From Octopus bimaculoides (Eukaryota): a stretch of 34,060 nt of DNA. The DNA lies in assembly GCF_001194135.2 (NCBI RefSeq), contig NC_068983.1, forward strand, positions 105,082,872-105,116,931. Reading direction: 5' to 3'. Shown here piece by piece: positions 12,070 through 23,877 of this stretch (its first letter is position 1; every line of letters starts with the position of its first letter). The notes below the pieces were generated by a model. That model was given only the letters and a program-made list of their open reading frames with translations. It did no database searches and was not told the origin of the DNA. The position numbers were made by a program, and so were the translations under genes.

Positions 12070-13480
12070 TTTCCTATTTAGTACTGGGGATGTTTCATTT
12101 ATGAAGACGTACTCCTGTATTTGTCTGAGTGTTGGGTCCTTCGGGTGATTGGATAAAATGCGGATCTCATGTTGACCCAGTCTGTTGGTCTTTGGCATGC
12201 TGGTAGAGTATGGAGGACTGTTCTTTGTCGTCATATTGTCTCAAATGTTCATTTAGTCTCTCCGCAATGCTTCTAGATGTCTCCCCTATGTATATCATGT
12301 TCTTGTCTTTACAAGCATCTTCTATGTACTTTATGCTGTAGACTACACTTCTAGTTCTACAGTTAATGCCAGTCGTTATCATTGGTACGTGTTGTAGTCT
12401 CAAAGGAGTATGACCTACATAGTTGTGATCTGCTGGACCTCCCTGGCTTTTCAACGATTTTAATGTTCAGTTTGGCCTCCTTCAGAACTTTCCTAAATCT
12501 TCGGGCTCGTTCTCCATGGGCTGTGGCCTCTACAAACATCACTCCTTGATATTTGTCGGTCTTGTACCACGTATTCACCATGTTTCCTTTGTCACAAATC
12601 CTTTGTGTTCCATCCCAGTCTTTACTTCTATATCTATGGTAGGTACCACTGGTTTCAGTACATATAATGCTAACTTTTTTCTAGCTCCCTTGTAAACCCG
12701 AACACGAGCTTTCTGATCTGAGAATTGCATTCGGTGCATGAAGTTCTGTACATGTTTTGTTTTGTTTTTTTTTGTTTTATAGGATTTGCATAGTGGGGAT
12801 ACGTTGTTCATTATCCTAACTAAAGTATGCTATCAATATACTGATTTTCATGTGTGACAAAGTTGAGTTTCATTTAATAGAAGTGGAGGAGCTGCACGCT
12901 GTTGTTCACAGTCTTTAACCAAAGTTCAGTATCAAGGAGAGGGAGTCTATTGTTATGATACTTTGGTGGATAGAGTTAGCTACTAGTTGGATGCTCTCCA
13001 TTATTCTCCTCTCGGTTTCTACGTTACCGTTACTAGAGTTTGTCCTAACTAGAATATTAATATCATCTACATACCTACAGTTGTGGATTGTTCCAAAAAA
13101 ATTGTTTAAGTTTTCTCTCCCACCAGGTCATGAAGATGCCGGCTACATCACCAGCCACATCGACACCAATGTTGCACCTTGAACCTGCATGTATAGTTTC
13201 CAGTTAAACTTTACTATGTGGTTCTTCAAGGTGGTTCTTATGCTAGCTACTATTGCATGTGCAATCATTCTTTTCACCTGACTGTTGTTTTCAGAGTCCT
13301 GGGTGAGTATGGTCCAGCCACTCCAGCGCTCTGCGGTGCTTTTCTTCACTGCTGAGGTGATGGTGGGTGGTCTTCCCCTCTGTGACTTGGTGGAGCACAA
13401 TGGTTGTCTAGGTGGATGCAGTCATAGCTAAGTCTAAGGAGGAGGCCTAGTTCCGTCGTGTTGACTTCACGGAACTCTAC
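12070..13480 (-). mobile_element. Decayed Penelope-like element (RT, thumb and GIY-YIG endonuclease; Neptune-like)
   Basis: Minus strand has RGRPPTIT, CRYVDDINILV (RT catalytic motif, near 13045-13075), HRMQFS, TWYKTDKYQGVMFVEAT, VVYSIK..MIYIGETSRSIAERLNEH and RQIQEYVFINETSPVLNRK. Many frameshifts. Confidence 0.85.
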
Positions 13481-13569
13481 TTCACTCTCACAGATAATCG
13501 AACCGGTGAGTGTGTTAAATAATAAGGCACTAAAAGAGAATGACTCTCCTCAGACACAANNNNNNNNNN

Positions 13570-13603
<34 letters not shown>

Positions 13604-13628
13604 GTTTAAATAAAAGCATATGTAATAA

Positions 13629-13836
13629 CTCTTTCTAGTATAAGCACAAAGTTTGAAATTTTGTGGGAAGCGGCTAGTCGATTACATCGACCCCAATGTT
13701 CAGCTGGTACTTACTTTATTGATCCCAAAAAGATGAAAGGCAAAGTCGACGACGGCGGAATTAGAACTCTGAACATAAGGACAGCCGAAATGCCGATAAC
13801 CATTTTGTATGGCGTGTTAACGATCTGCTGGCTCAC
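13629..13836 (-). mobile_element. SINE family A (stack copy 1)
   Basis: Family body, flanked by identical 15-bp direct repeats aagcatatgtaataa (13614-13628 and 13843-13857). Confidence 0.9.
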
Positions 13837-13857
13837 AATCTTAAGCATATGTAATAA

Positions 13858-14067
13858 TGGCTTCAAATTTTGACACAAGATCAGCAATTTCAAGGTAAGT
13901 GGTGAGTCGATATCGACTCCACTGCTTGACAAGTACTTACTTTATCGACCTTGAAAAGAAGAAATGCAAAGTCGACCTCGACAGAATTTGAACTCAGAAT
14001 ATGAAGCCAGAAGATATGTGACTAAGCCTTTTTTCTGGCGTAGTAATGATTTTGTCAGCTCAGTGCC
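13858..14067 (-). mobile_element. SINE family A (stack copy 2)
   Basis: Family body with aaaatttgaagcc-type tail. Flanks 13843-13857 and 14070-14084 match at 14 of 15 positions. Confidence 0.85.
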
Positions 14068-14084
14068 CGAAGCATATGTAATTA

Positions 14085-14215
14085 TCCTTTCTGCTATAGA
14101 TACGATACCTGAAATTTGGTGGGAGGGAACTAGTCAACTGCATCGCTCCTGTGCTTGACAAGTATTTATTTCATCGATCCGAAAGGTTGAAAGGCAAAGT
14201 CAACCTCGGTAGAAT
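14085..14215 (-). mobile_element. SINE family A (stack copy 3, 5'-truncated)
   Basis: Tail and body only, as far as caacctcggtagaat. Confidence 0.8.
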
Positions 14216-14231
14216 AGGCGTATGTAAATAA

Positions 14232-14442
14232 TGGTTTCAAATTTTGGCACAAGTCCAGTAATTTCGGGGGGGTGGGATTACGTCGATTTCCTCGAGCCCA
14301 GGCGCTCAATTGTTACTTATTTTATCGACCCTGAAAGGATGAAAGGCAAAGACAACTTCGGCGTCATTTGAACCCATAACGTAAAGACGGACGAAATGCA
14401 GCTAAGCGTTTTGTCTGGCATGCTAACGACTCTGCCAGTTCG
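14232..14442 (-). mobile_element. SINE family A (stack copy 4)
   Basis: Near full length. The head remnant on the plus strand is gctaacgactctgccagttcg. Confidence 0.85.
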
Positions 14443-15989
14443 TGATGGCATTCTGTGACGGAAATCAAACTCCACATCTTTTGAAACGAGACAAGCCGAC
14501 GATAACACAGGTTATATTAATCATATCTAAGATTGCATTTTAAGCCTTATTCCAAAGAAAAATCGGTGTTATAACTTTTGCAAATAACAAACAGGTTCAA
14601 CTAGATCGAGATAGATAACCTTCTGTTATTAATCCGCTTCTTCTTCAATAATGTTATTATATTTGTTGACCAGGTGGGAGACGTAAACTCTGTTGGCAAA
14701 CTCATTGCGACTGATACTCAAACTGACTTTCTGCAAGTCAGTCTTCAATAAAATTTTTTAAAAATAGGAAATGAGAGGAAAGTGGAGTTTAAACAGAGAG
14801 AACCAAAAATAGATCATCCTGTAACGATCAAAATTATTTTAAACAACGATACAAATAAATTCATCGTGTTCTTGTTTAGTCCTAGGTTAACCTCAATAAA
14901 AGAGACGTATGACCAAAGGCACACCAGCCATGAACATCTGGTTGAATCTTTTATTTTTTCCATCGTAGAATGTACCTAGGTTTCTCGTTAATGTGTATGA
15001 TTTTGAACGCATCAATTCTCAGCTCACTTGTAGGAGCATATCAAAGAAAATATTAGATAGCCGTATGTCATATGATTTCTGACATCACCGGCAGTATGTT
15101 TACCGAAAAGAGATAGCAAAAATATCTGTTCGTTATTGGTGAGAGGTATATATGAAGCGATATAGTAATTCAAACTATTATTGTATGGTATGGAAAATAT
15201 ATACATATAATCTTAATCGCTGTACATGTCGTAGATCTTTATATTCTTCATTATCTTTCGTTCCCCACCTACTACTCATTTCCATATTCGCCTCTTCCAT
15301 ATTTCCTCTTCTTTTTTCTCGTTATCATTTTTTTTTTACTTACTCATTTGTTACCCTTCCCCCACTTTTTTCCATTTTCCTTCTCCTGACTCAAATCATC
15401 ATCAATAATGTCGTCGTGGTCGTCATTGTTATTATTCCTGTGGTTATCATTGGCTGCTCGTGTTGCTAACTTGTTGCTAAGGGCTAACTCAGACCGCCAG
15501 CACATATATTAACACATGTGCACGTATATATNNNNNNNNNNNNNNNNNNNNNNNNNNNNNNNNNNNNNNNNNNNNNNNNNNNNNNNNNNNNNNNNNNNNN
15601 NNNNNNNNNNNNNNNNNNNNNNNNNNNNNNNNNNNNNNNNNNNNNNNNNNNNNNNNNNNNNNNNNNNNNNNNNNNNNNNNNNNNNNNNNNNNNNNNNNNN
15701 NNNNNNNNNNNNNNNNNNNNNNNNNNNNNNNNNNNNNNNNNNNNNNNNNNNNNNNNNNNNNNNNNNNNNNNNNNNNNNNNNNNNNTATATATATATATAT
15801 ATATATGTATGTATATACATGTATGTATGTATGTACATGCATACATGCATACATGCAGACAGACAAACATTCTTAAGATGCACACACTTGGGTGTATGCA
15901 TCGACAGTTAAATACACAGTCGGATAAAATCACGGCAAATTTCCTTGAACTTGTTTTTACAGTTCTTTATGTTCTGTGTTTAAATTTGA

Positions 15990-16105
15990 CATTCATCCTT
16001 TTGGGGACGATTAAAATAAAATACCAGTCAATTACGGTGGTCAATAGTTTTGACTAATCCTATTCACCTTAAAATTACTGGCCTTGTGCCTAAATTAGAA
16101 ACTAT
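15990..16105 (+). mobile_element. SINE family A, 3' fragment
   Basis: ttcatccttttggggacgat..ataccagtc..ggccttgtgcctaaattagaaac. Confidence 0.7.
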
Positions 16106-16799
16106 ATTTATATATGTATGTATGTGCGTGTTTCAGTATAATGTGTATGCGCGTGTGTAATGTCTATAAATATATGGATGAGCATATGTATTACACGTGC
16201 TTGGTTTCCTTTTCCATGGACAACTTTGTAGGTATGGTCATCAGTGCGTAGATTATTAAAATGATTGGTTTGTTTGACAAAAGAGAAGAGAGTGGAAGAA
16301 GCAGTTATGACTCCTGCATATAACTATAATAGCATTTCAGCCTCAACTTGTTAAGTCAAGTGAGTAGAAGGGTAATTTAATTCGGGGTGTAAAAAGTTCG
16401 ACAATAGTCAGAATGAAGGTGGATAAAAGCAATATAACTTAATGTTACAATATTACTGTAGTCCAGGAAACGCTATCAATCAGACTTTATCACTTATCAC
16501 TGATCTCCATATATTTGGGACCACCTCTTTTAACACTTCCCCGTAGCAGTTATTGAGACGTCTTTCCTTCGTATGAATAATTCAGTTTGAGTCCATAATC
16601 TCTGTGTAAGGGGCAAAAGAAAACGATTATTAGTGAAGAAATTCAGAATCTATAATCGGTGGATAATTTGTATAGCGCTATGATAATGAACTACTAAATA
16701 GCCATAAAACAGGTGCTTTTCAATCTAGCTGTTACCTCTTTTCTGTCCGTAACACAACCTTCGTTGACCTAAAACTTATTTTATTTCACACATTCCAAT

Positions 16800-17015
16800 G
16801 CGAGCAGACGAAGAAATTTCCACTTGGTCGCTCGACTTGCAAGAAATAGTAGTCAAATTTCCTTTAAATCTCACCCTGCCCTCTTTAAAACGGGAGATAA
16901 CATTTGACAATGTAAATATAGAATAAACAGAAATTGCCGTATGGTAAGTACTGGGACGACCTTGGTCATAAGTCTATTCGAATAGGACTGGTCTAGAGTT
17001 AAATAACAACAATAA
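16800..17015 (+). mobile_element. Interspersed repeat family D (SINE-like)
   Basis: ccacttggtcgctcgacttgcaagaaatagtagtcaaatttcctttaaatc resembles the reverse complement of 22120-22165. Ends in an aacaac-type tail. Confidence 0.55.
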
Positions 17016-17644
17016 TTGGCTCTTGCTTGCAGGCGCTTAAACTTGTGATCATTTATTCTTTAATTTTGATAGTTTTTGTTTGGTTGTTTTTTTACTTCCG
17101 GGGGCAAGCATTTAGTATTTCTCTACTCGAAATCTGCTGCCCTACCATTTCACTACTGTTGGTCATACGATGACGTTAATACTTACCCAAATTTTGCTGA
17201 AGTAACTTATATGAAGCGGCCATTACTTGCTGTTGTAAGAAAACTAATGTGTTCACTCTCATTCGTAACACGTATACATCATCAATTCCCTTTGGAATTA
17301 TACTTGTTTCATAAAATACACAGAAATTGTTTCACGCCCATTACATTCAATACGCTATTCTGTATCATTAATGGATATGCATATGCGCACATAAGAGAGT
17401 GGGACAAAGGTAGTAAGCATGGGTTTTTATGAGGAAACTAAAACTATCACTATTTTAAATAAATGTTGGTGATGTTGGTGTAGGCCAATGTCACAGAGTT
17501 TAAGTTTAATTCCGAGAAAATTGTTTTCATCGATGTATATAATTTTCTTATTTTACTTTCACTTCTCAAATTTGTTGTTGTGTTAATCATCAAATAACAT
17601 ATTTCGATGTCAAAAGTGAAGTAATTAGCAGCCATTTGTTGCGC

Positions 17645-17928
17645 TGTTGGCACTCCGTCGCTTACGACGTCGAGGGTTCCAGTTGATCCGATCAACGGAA
17701 CAGTCTGCTCGTGAAATTAACGTGCAAGTGGCTGAGCACTCCACAGACACGTGTACCCTTAACGTAGTTCTCGGGGATATTCAGCGTGACACAGTGTGAC
17801 AAGGCTGACTCTTTGAATTACAGGCGCAACAGAAACAGGAAGTAAGAGAAAGTTGTGGTGAAAGAGTACAGCAGGGTTCGCCACCATCCTCTGCCGGAGC
17901 CTCGTGGAGCTTTAGGTGTTTTCGCTCA
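17645..17928 (-). mobile_element. SINE family B (head lost at the 10-N gap)
   Basis: Reverse complement closely matches 33780-34060. Confidence 0.9.
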
Positions 17929-17938
17929 NNNNNNNNNN

Positions 17939-18239
17939 GTGTTTATTGTGCGAAAACACCTAAAGCTCCACGAGGCTCCGGCAGGGGATGGTGGCGAACC
18001 CTACTGTACTCTTTCACCACAACTTTCTCTCAATCTTACTTCCTGTTTCTGTTGTGCCTGTAATTCAAGGGGTCAGCCTTGTCACACTGTGTCACGCTGA
18101 ATATCCCCCGAGAACTACGTTAAGGGTACACGTGTCTGTGGAGTACTCAGCCACTTGCACGTTAATTTCACGAGCAGGCTGTTCCGTTGATCGGATCAAC
18201 TGGAACCCTCGACGTCGTAAGTGACGGAGTGCCAACAAC
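17939..18239 (+). mobile_element. SINE family B (head lost at the 10-N gap)
   Basis: Closely matches 33780-34060 and ends gacggagtgccaacaac. Confidence 0.9.
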
Positions 18240-18924
18240 ACTGTTAGAATACTTTTGATCAAAATTCTTCTCAACTATGGTTGGTCTGGGTCTAAACAAT
18301 AACAACTGTGCCCACCTCCAAAATGGCTGGCCTTGTGCCAAAATCTGAAATCATTATTATTATTATTATAAAATAGAGATGACTAATAAGTAAGAATGTT
18401 TTTATAAGCGTCATTTAGATCGTAGCTTTTTTTTTATCTTTCACTTGATTTTATTCCTTATTCAGCACAATTTAATGTCAATGCATCATAAAATTAAGTA
18501 TGATCTTTTTCTTTTTTTACGAATCAGTAAAAGAGCTTGTATGTTAGGGCGAGGAACAATTTGTTCATGCACAAAATTTCAGCCTCAGTGAAATTTAAAG
18601 CCACCTGCTGACGAAGTCTCCAAAAACCCATTTTCCAAAACTTAAAAGAAATAAAAATGTTTTAAGCTTTAAGACCAAAAGAGTAATTTGATATAAGTTT
18701 GCAGCCCTGTGAAATTGTAACATGAAAGACTAATTATATTTTCTTTGTACATATGATTCTGCAGTTTCTTGTGCACTTGCAACTCGCTTCTGATACACTT
18801 AAAAACGAACCTCATATTTGCTCTACGTGATTGCTTGGTTTCTTACATGTCTGAATGAACCCCCGCTCAAATCTCAGACTGTACAATCTTGAAAACTATC
18901 TGCAAAAAATAATAATACTAATAT

Positions 18925-19122
18925 ATTATTATTCGGCCTAAAATGCTGAGGACGAGTATAGTCGATTATATTGACCCCAGGGCTTGACTGGTACTTATTT
19001 TATCGACCTCGAAAGGATGAAAGGCGAAGTTGACTTCGGCGGAATTTGAACTCTGGACGTACAGGCAGACGAAGTACCACTCATTTTTTTTCGATGTGCT
19101 AACGATTCTACCAGATCGCTGC
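18925..19122 (-). mobile_element. SINE family A
   Basis: Family body and head remnant gtgctaacgattctaccagatcgctgc. Confidence 0.85.
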
Positions 19123-19129
19123 TTTTTTT

Positions 19130-19340
19130 TTTCGAACTTTGGCACAAGACCAGCAATTATATGAATAACGAGTAGACAATTATATCGACCCATGTGCTCG
19201 ACTGGTACTTATTTTTTTGATTCCGAAAGGATGAAGGACAAAGTAAACCTTGGCGGAATTTGAACTCAGAACTTAAAGCCGGAAGAAATGTCGTTATGCA
19301 TTTTGTCCAGCATGCTAACAATTCTGTCAGCGCACCGCCT
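19130..19340 (-). mobile_element. SINE family A
   Basis: Family body and head remnant gctaacaattctgtcagcgcaccgcct. Confidence 0.85.
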
Positions 19341-19673
19341 TCATCTTGATAATAATACAATAATTGGTTGGTACAGGCAAATTACTTGGCAACATTTGAC
19401 ACAANNNNNNNNNNNNNNNNNNNNNNNNNNNNNNNNNNNNNNNNNNNNNNNNNNNNNNNNNNNNNNNNNNNNNNNNNNNNNNNNNNNNNNNNNNNNNNNN
19501 NNNNNNNNNNNNNNNNNNNNNNNNNNNNNNNNNNNNNNNNNNNNNNNNNNNNNNNNNNNNNNNNNNNNNNNNNNNNNNNNNNNNNNNNNNNNNNNNNNNN
19601 NNNNNNNNNNNNNNNNNNNNNNNNNNNNNNNNNNNNNNNNNNNNNNNNNNNNNNNNNNNNNNNNNNNNNNNNN

Positions 19674-19712
<39 letters not shown>

Positions 19713-19804
19713 CCATGTGTATTTCTGATTTAACTTTATCGGACCATAAACAGAAGTGGAGTTATGCCAAATTTCTCAATTTTGTTTCAGTCTAATAGAC
19801 AGCA

Positions 19805-20340
19805 TCAGCATGGAAATTCAAATGTAACGTTGAAAACAAAAATGTGCACCGTAATTGTAGCTCTGGACACTAACTACAACAAATCTGAAATCGCCAGTTT
19901 CCGTAGCCAGGCCTTCGCTCGCAGAGTTTTGAAAATCTAGGGATCTCTTACAGCGATGAGTCATCTGCGGTCAAGAGAACGAAATATTCTCCGTAGTTAG
20001 ACGTCATTAAAACAGCTAAGATCGCCCATGACATCTTCAATAACAACTGCAGTAGATCGATAATGGACAGCATAGAACATATTAGGTTCATGGAGTCCAC
20101 AACGAGGTGTGCGATGTATTAGGAGATCAGGTACAAGTCCTACATAATCGAGAGAAAGCACTTCATTTTCGACAAGACACGGCAGAACCGCGTCATCATG
20201 TTATCCCCAAAATTTTGTGGGCCAGTAACTCTCGGTCTTAACTTCTTGGACTACTGCATCTCTCGTATCGTCAGTGGGAGGGACCTGTGGGCTGTCCCAT
20301 GCTGCCAAAAATTCATTAGGCGCTGCTGTTGAAATCGGGA
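19805..20340 (+). mobile_element. Decayed, internally deleted Tc1/mariner transposase remnant
   Basis: One frame reads MCTVIVALDTNYNKSEIASF..VKRTKYS..EIRYKSYIIERKHFIFDKTRQNRV, then a frameshifted W-x-SNS..LNFLDYCI, a relic of the WPxNSPDLNPLDY motif. No TIRs recognised. Confidence 0.65.
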
Positions 20341-20589
20341 CCCTTCTAATACTTACATGTAGTCATTACTGAATCGTAATAGATAATTGAGAGAGAATAC
20401 GGAGCAAATCTGGTCTTACAGAAAGGGGAAAGAGAGTTAGAGATTAGAATAATAAGTGTATATACATATACGCACATTTACTGACACACATACATACCCA
20501 CAACACAGAGACACACACACACCCACACTCACATACATATACAATCACGCATACATTCTTGAGTGTGTGTGCGCACGTGCGCGCGAATT

Positions 20590-20680
20590 ACTTTCTCTAT
20601 CGGTCTGTTTTACCGAACCGCTAGTTACGGGAACGTAAATATACCAACACCGGTTGTCAAGCGTTGGGGGAGACAGACAC

Positions 20681-20720
<40 letters not shown>

Positions 20721-20739
20721 CACACATACACACACACAC

Positions 20740-20785
<46 letters not shown>

Positions 20786-20932
20786 GACAGGCTTTTTTCA
20801 GTTTCCGTCTACCACTTACAAGGCTTTGGTCGGTCTGAGACACCTGCGCAAGAAACCTGTCCAAGATGTCACGCAGTGGAACTCAACCAGGAACCATATT
20901 GTTGGAAGCAAATTTTTTACCATACACCCATA
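20590..20932 (-). mobile_element. SINE family C with internal (TA)n(TG)n microsatellite
   Basis: 5' half ..ccaaagccttgtaagtggtagacggaaactgaaaaaagcctgtcg, then microsatellite, then 3' half cgcttgacaaccggtgttgg..actagcggttcggtaaaacagaccgatagagaaag. Confidence 0.85.
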
Positions 20933-21589
20933 CGTATGTATGTATGTATGTATGTATGTATGTATGTATGTATGTATGTATGTTTGTGTGTATGTATTAT
21001 GTACTTATAGATATGTATATGCATACTGCATACTTTCTAGAGTTTTCCAAACTTTACTCTTAACAGTTTGACTGACGAAAAAATTTGCCTTTTGCATAAA
21101 ATCATAAATCTTTCTCGTAGTTACCCGTGCACTCACAGAGAGAAAGGGGAGAGAGAGAGAGAGAGAGAGAGAGAGATATGAAAGAGCGAGGAGAGAGGAG
21201 GGGAGAAAATGTGAGTTATGGCTAACTGTGAAGATTCCAACCACATGGTAAAAACCATGACGTCATTGGAGATACAGTGAGTTTGATGTACGTCTTTTTA
21301 GTTGTTGCTAGACTTTTCGTCTGCTTTCTCTGGACTGTAGTCATAACAGTATGGACAAAGCTAAAGTATAAATGTGACTATCTAAGTGAATATATGTTTA
21401 TATATTCTTAAGAGGTGGGTGGAGATTATAATCTATCAGAGACAAGCGTGGATGTATAACCTTTGTTACAAAATTATAACAGTTCAAAATCATTAATCTA
21501 TTTGAATATTTATCTTTAATTGCTTGAAGTCAACGTCTTTAACTTACAACTAGCAGTTGGATGACAGATTCGTAAGAGTAGCAAATAAA

Positions 21590-21785
21590 ATGCTTCTCGC
21601 GTTTGATTATTTCCTTTCATGGTTTGAGTTCAAGACCAATCCAAGTTAATTTGTGTTTCATCCTGTCGATGCTTATAAAATAAGTTGCGATCGATAAAAT
21701 ACGTATTGCTATCGATGCAATTGACTATATCCTTAAAGGTAGTGCTGCGACATGGCCAAACTATAGCAACTGAAAGTAGTAAAAT
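21590..21785 (+). mobile_element. Degenerate SINE with family A body and family C-like tail
   Basis: tgagttcaagacc..tttcatcctgtcgat..aaaataagt, then aaaggtagtgctgcgacatggcc..actgaaagtagtaaaa. Confidence 0.55.
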
Positions 21786-21974
21786 AACTAAATTAAAGCT
21801 ATTCAAATCTTCTCGTTCCCTGTATAGTAAGTATCCTCTAATCTAATGATCCTCTAAAAGAAACTAATCCCCTTAAGTAAGGATTGAATTATGAGACATA
21901 ATTTTACAACTGTGAAAGCAAGTATTAGTGGGCCGGAAAGAGTAAACATGTTTACCTTTGTGTTTTTTCTTTCA

Positions 21975-22170
21975 TCCCCGGATCAACACTCATTGAACCA
22001 AACTATGCAAAAGAAGTGTTTCACCTCATAACCACTCCATTTTCTTCCAGATATAATACATGTTGACTACATTACCATTCTGAACTTTTCTTTTTTAAGA
22101 TAGTACGGCATGATTTGAGGGAAATGTTGTTGCTTTTGTGCGCAGGTCGAACAATCAAGTAGATGCTCTT
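21975..22170 (-). mobile_element. Interspersed repeat family D
   Basis: Shares gactacattacc and gatttgagggaaat..caggtcgaacaatcaagtag with the other D copies. Confidence 0.55.
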
Positions 22171-22309
22171 TGCAATAGTTATATCAGATATTTACATCAA
22201 CATTACGTGTTGATCTGTTTCGCTTCCGATCCTCAACAGATAAATGGAATAAGACACGAAATGACTGACTATCGAAGGGTAATGTAGATGTAAGTATATA
22301 AGGTTGTAG

Positions 22310-22470
22310 GCATGGCTATATGATGAAGTAGCTCGTTTCGCAAATACGTAATCTCACCCAGGGGAAAATTTTGTCTACCATAGTCTCGAGTCGACTAAAG
22401 CTTTATGAATTAAATTTAATAGGAAGAAACTATGTGGAACTCCTTTGGACGAATGTCGGCAAGTGATGAT
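22310..22470 (+). mobile_element. SINE family C, degenerate 5' part
   Basis: tgtaggcatggct..tctaccatagtctcgagtcgactaaagctttatgaattaaattt..gaaact. Confidence 0.5.
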
Positions 22471-22711
22471 AGAATCAATGCATCGACAAAAATATTTTAT
22501 GGTATTGGTTTGGTCTCGTTTGTATCGACTTTACCGTCCTAAATTATCGAGATCGATAGAACAGTCACCAAATAAAGAACTGGCATTGAAATTATCGATA
22601 AAACCAATCACGGGCAAATTGTGGCCCTTTGGCTTTCTGAATGACGCCTAATTTCACGAGGAAAATAACGTTTATTAAAATGCTGTTTGTTTCATTTCAT
22701 TCTCACTTGTT

Positions 22712-22754
<43 letters not shown>

Positions 22755-23158
22755 TCGGAGAGGTTTAAGAAGCTGATATCAATAACTAAGCTTCCTTACT
22801 TATTAATGCCTGTGGTATAGTGGATGCAACAGTCAGAAAACATCCAAGAAGTTTTAAATATGCATCTTTACTCAAGACATTACATCATTGAATGAAGATT
22901 ATTAATTCGATGTTCACTTTCTCATTCCACGGCTTATAATGATATGTTGCAATAATTCGGCGACTGAAACTACGTTGTCAGGCAAGTTTGATAAAACTTG
23001 ACGTTCTTCTCTGGACAAGAAATATATTTTTCTACTTTTTAAAAATTGTTTTGCATTGTCAAATAAATAAAGTAGACAAATCCTACTACTTTATATATAT
23101 ATATATTTTTTAATATTAACGCTATCTTTTAATTTAAACGTGACTAATGACATTATTT

Positions 23159-23431
23159 GGAGGCCCAGTGGTTAGGGCAGCGGACTCGCGGTCGAAGGAT
23201 CGCGGTTTCGATTCCCAGACTGGGCGCTGTGTGTGTTTATTGAGCGAAAACACCTAAAGCTCCACGAGTCTCTGGCAGGGGGTGGTGGCGACCCCTGTTG
23301 TACTCTTTATTCCTATTTCTTGAGTAACGCTGCGATGGACTGGCGTCCCGTCCAGCTGGGGGTAACACATACGCCATAGAAACCGGGGCCCATGAGCCAG
23401 GCTAGGCTTTAAAAGGGCGAAAAGAAGAAAA
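23159..23431 (+). mobile_element. SINE family B variant with alternative 3' tail
   Basis: tRNA-like head ggcccagtggttagggcagcgg..ggtttcgattccc, tail gcgatggactggcgtcccgtccag..ggctaggctttaaaagggcg, and TSD aatga(c/a)attattt at 23146-23158 and 23432-23444. Confidence 0.9.
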
Positions 23432-23630
23432 AATGAAATTATTTAATGATCAGATTAAATTTACGACTGATTTTTTTTTTAAATAGTCTTAGTAAAATAT
23501 TGATAGTTAGATTATTAAAATATTCAATCATACAGATATCTATAATTAATACACTGATTTTTCAAGTATTCACTATTTTCTTTTAATTATTCTATAACGT
23601 GTCACGATAGCAGCCGTCAGTGATAATATA

Positions 23631-23845
23631 ATCTTTTCTATTCTAGGCACAAGAACCGAAATTTTGGGGGAAGAGGGCCAGTCGATTACATCGACCTCAG
23701 TATGCAACTGGTATTTAATTTATAGACTTCGAAAAGATGAAAGGCAAAGTCAACCTCGGCGGAATTTGAACTCAGAACGTAGAGACAGACGAAATACCGC
23801 AAAACATTTCGGCCGGCGTGCTAACGATTCTGCTATCTCACCGCT
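23631..23845 (-). mobile_element. SINE family A with perfect 15-bp TSD
   Basis: TSD gtcagtgataatata at 23616-23630 and 23848-23862. Confidence 0.95.
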
Positions 23846-23877
23846 TTGTCAGTGATAATATACTGCCAAGACTTAAA

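Noticed and set aside
12000-12170. Hammerhead ribozyme at the 3' end of the Penelope-like element
   Set aside because: No CTGANGA/GAAA core was found there on either strand.
18847-18899. Minus-strand segment with strong acceptor and donor
   Set aside because: Stops in all three frames. It shows that strong splice-like sites arise by chance here.
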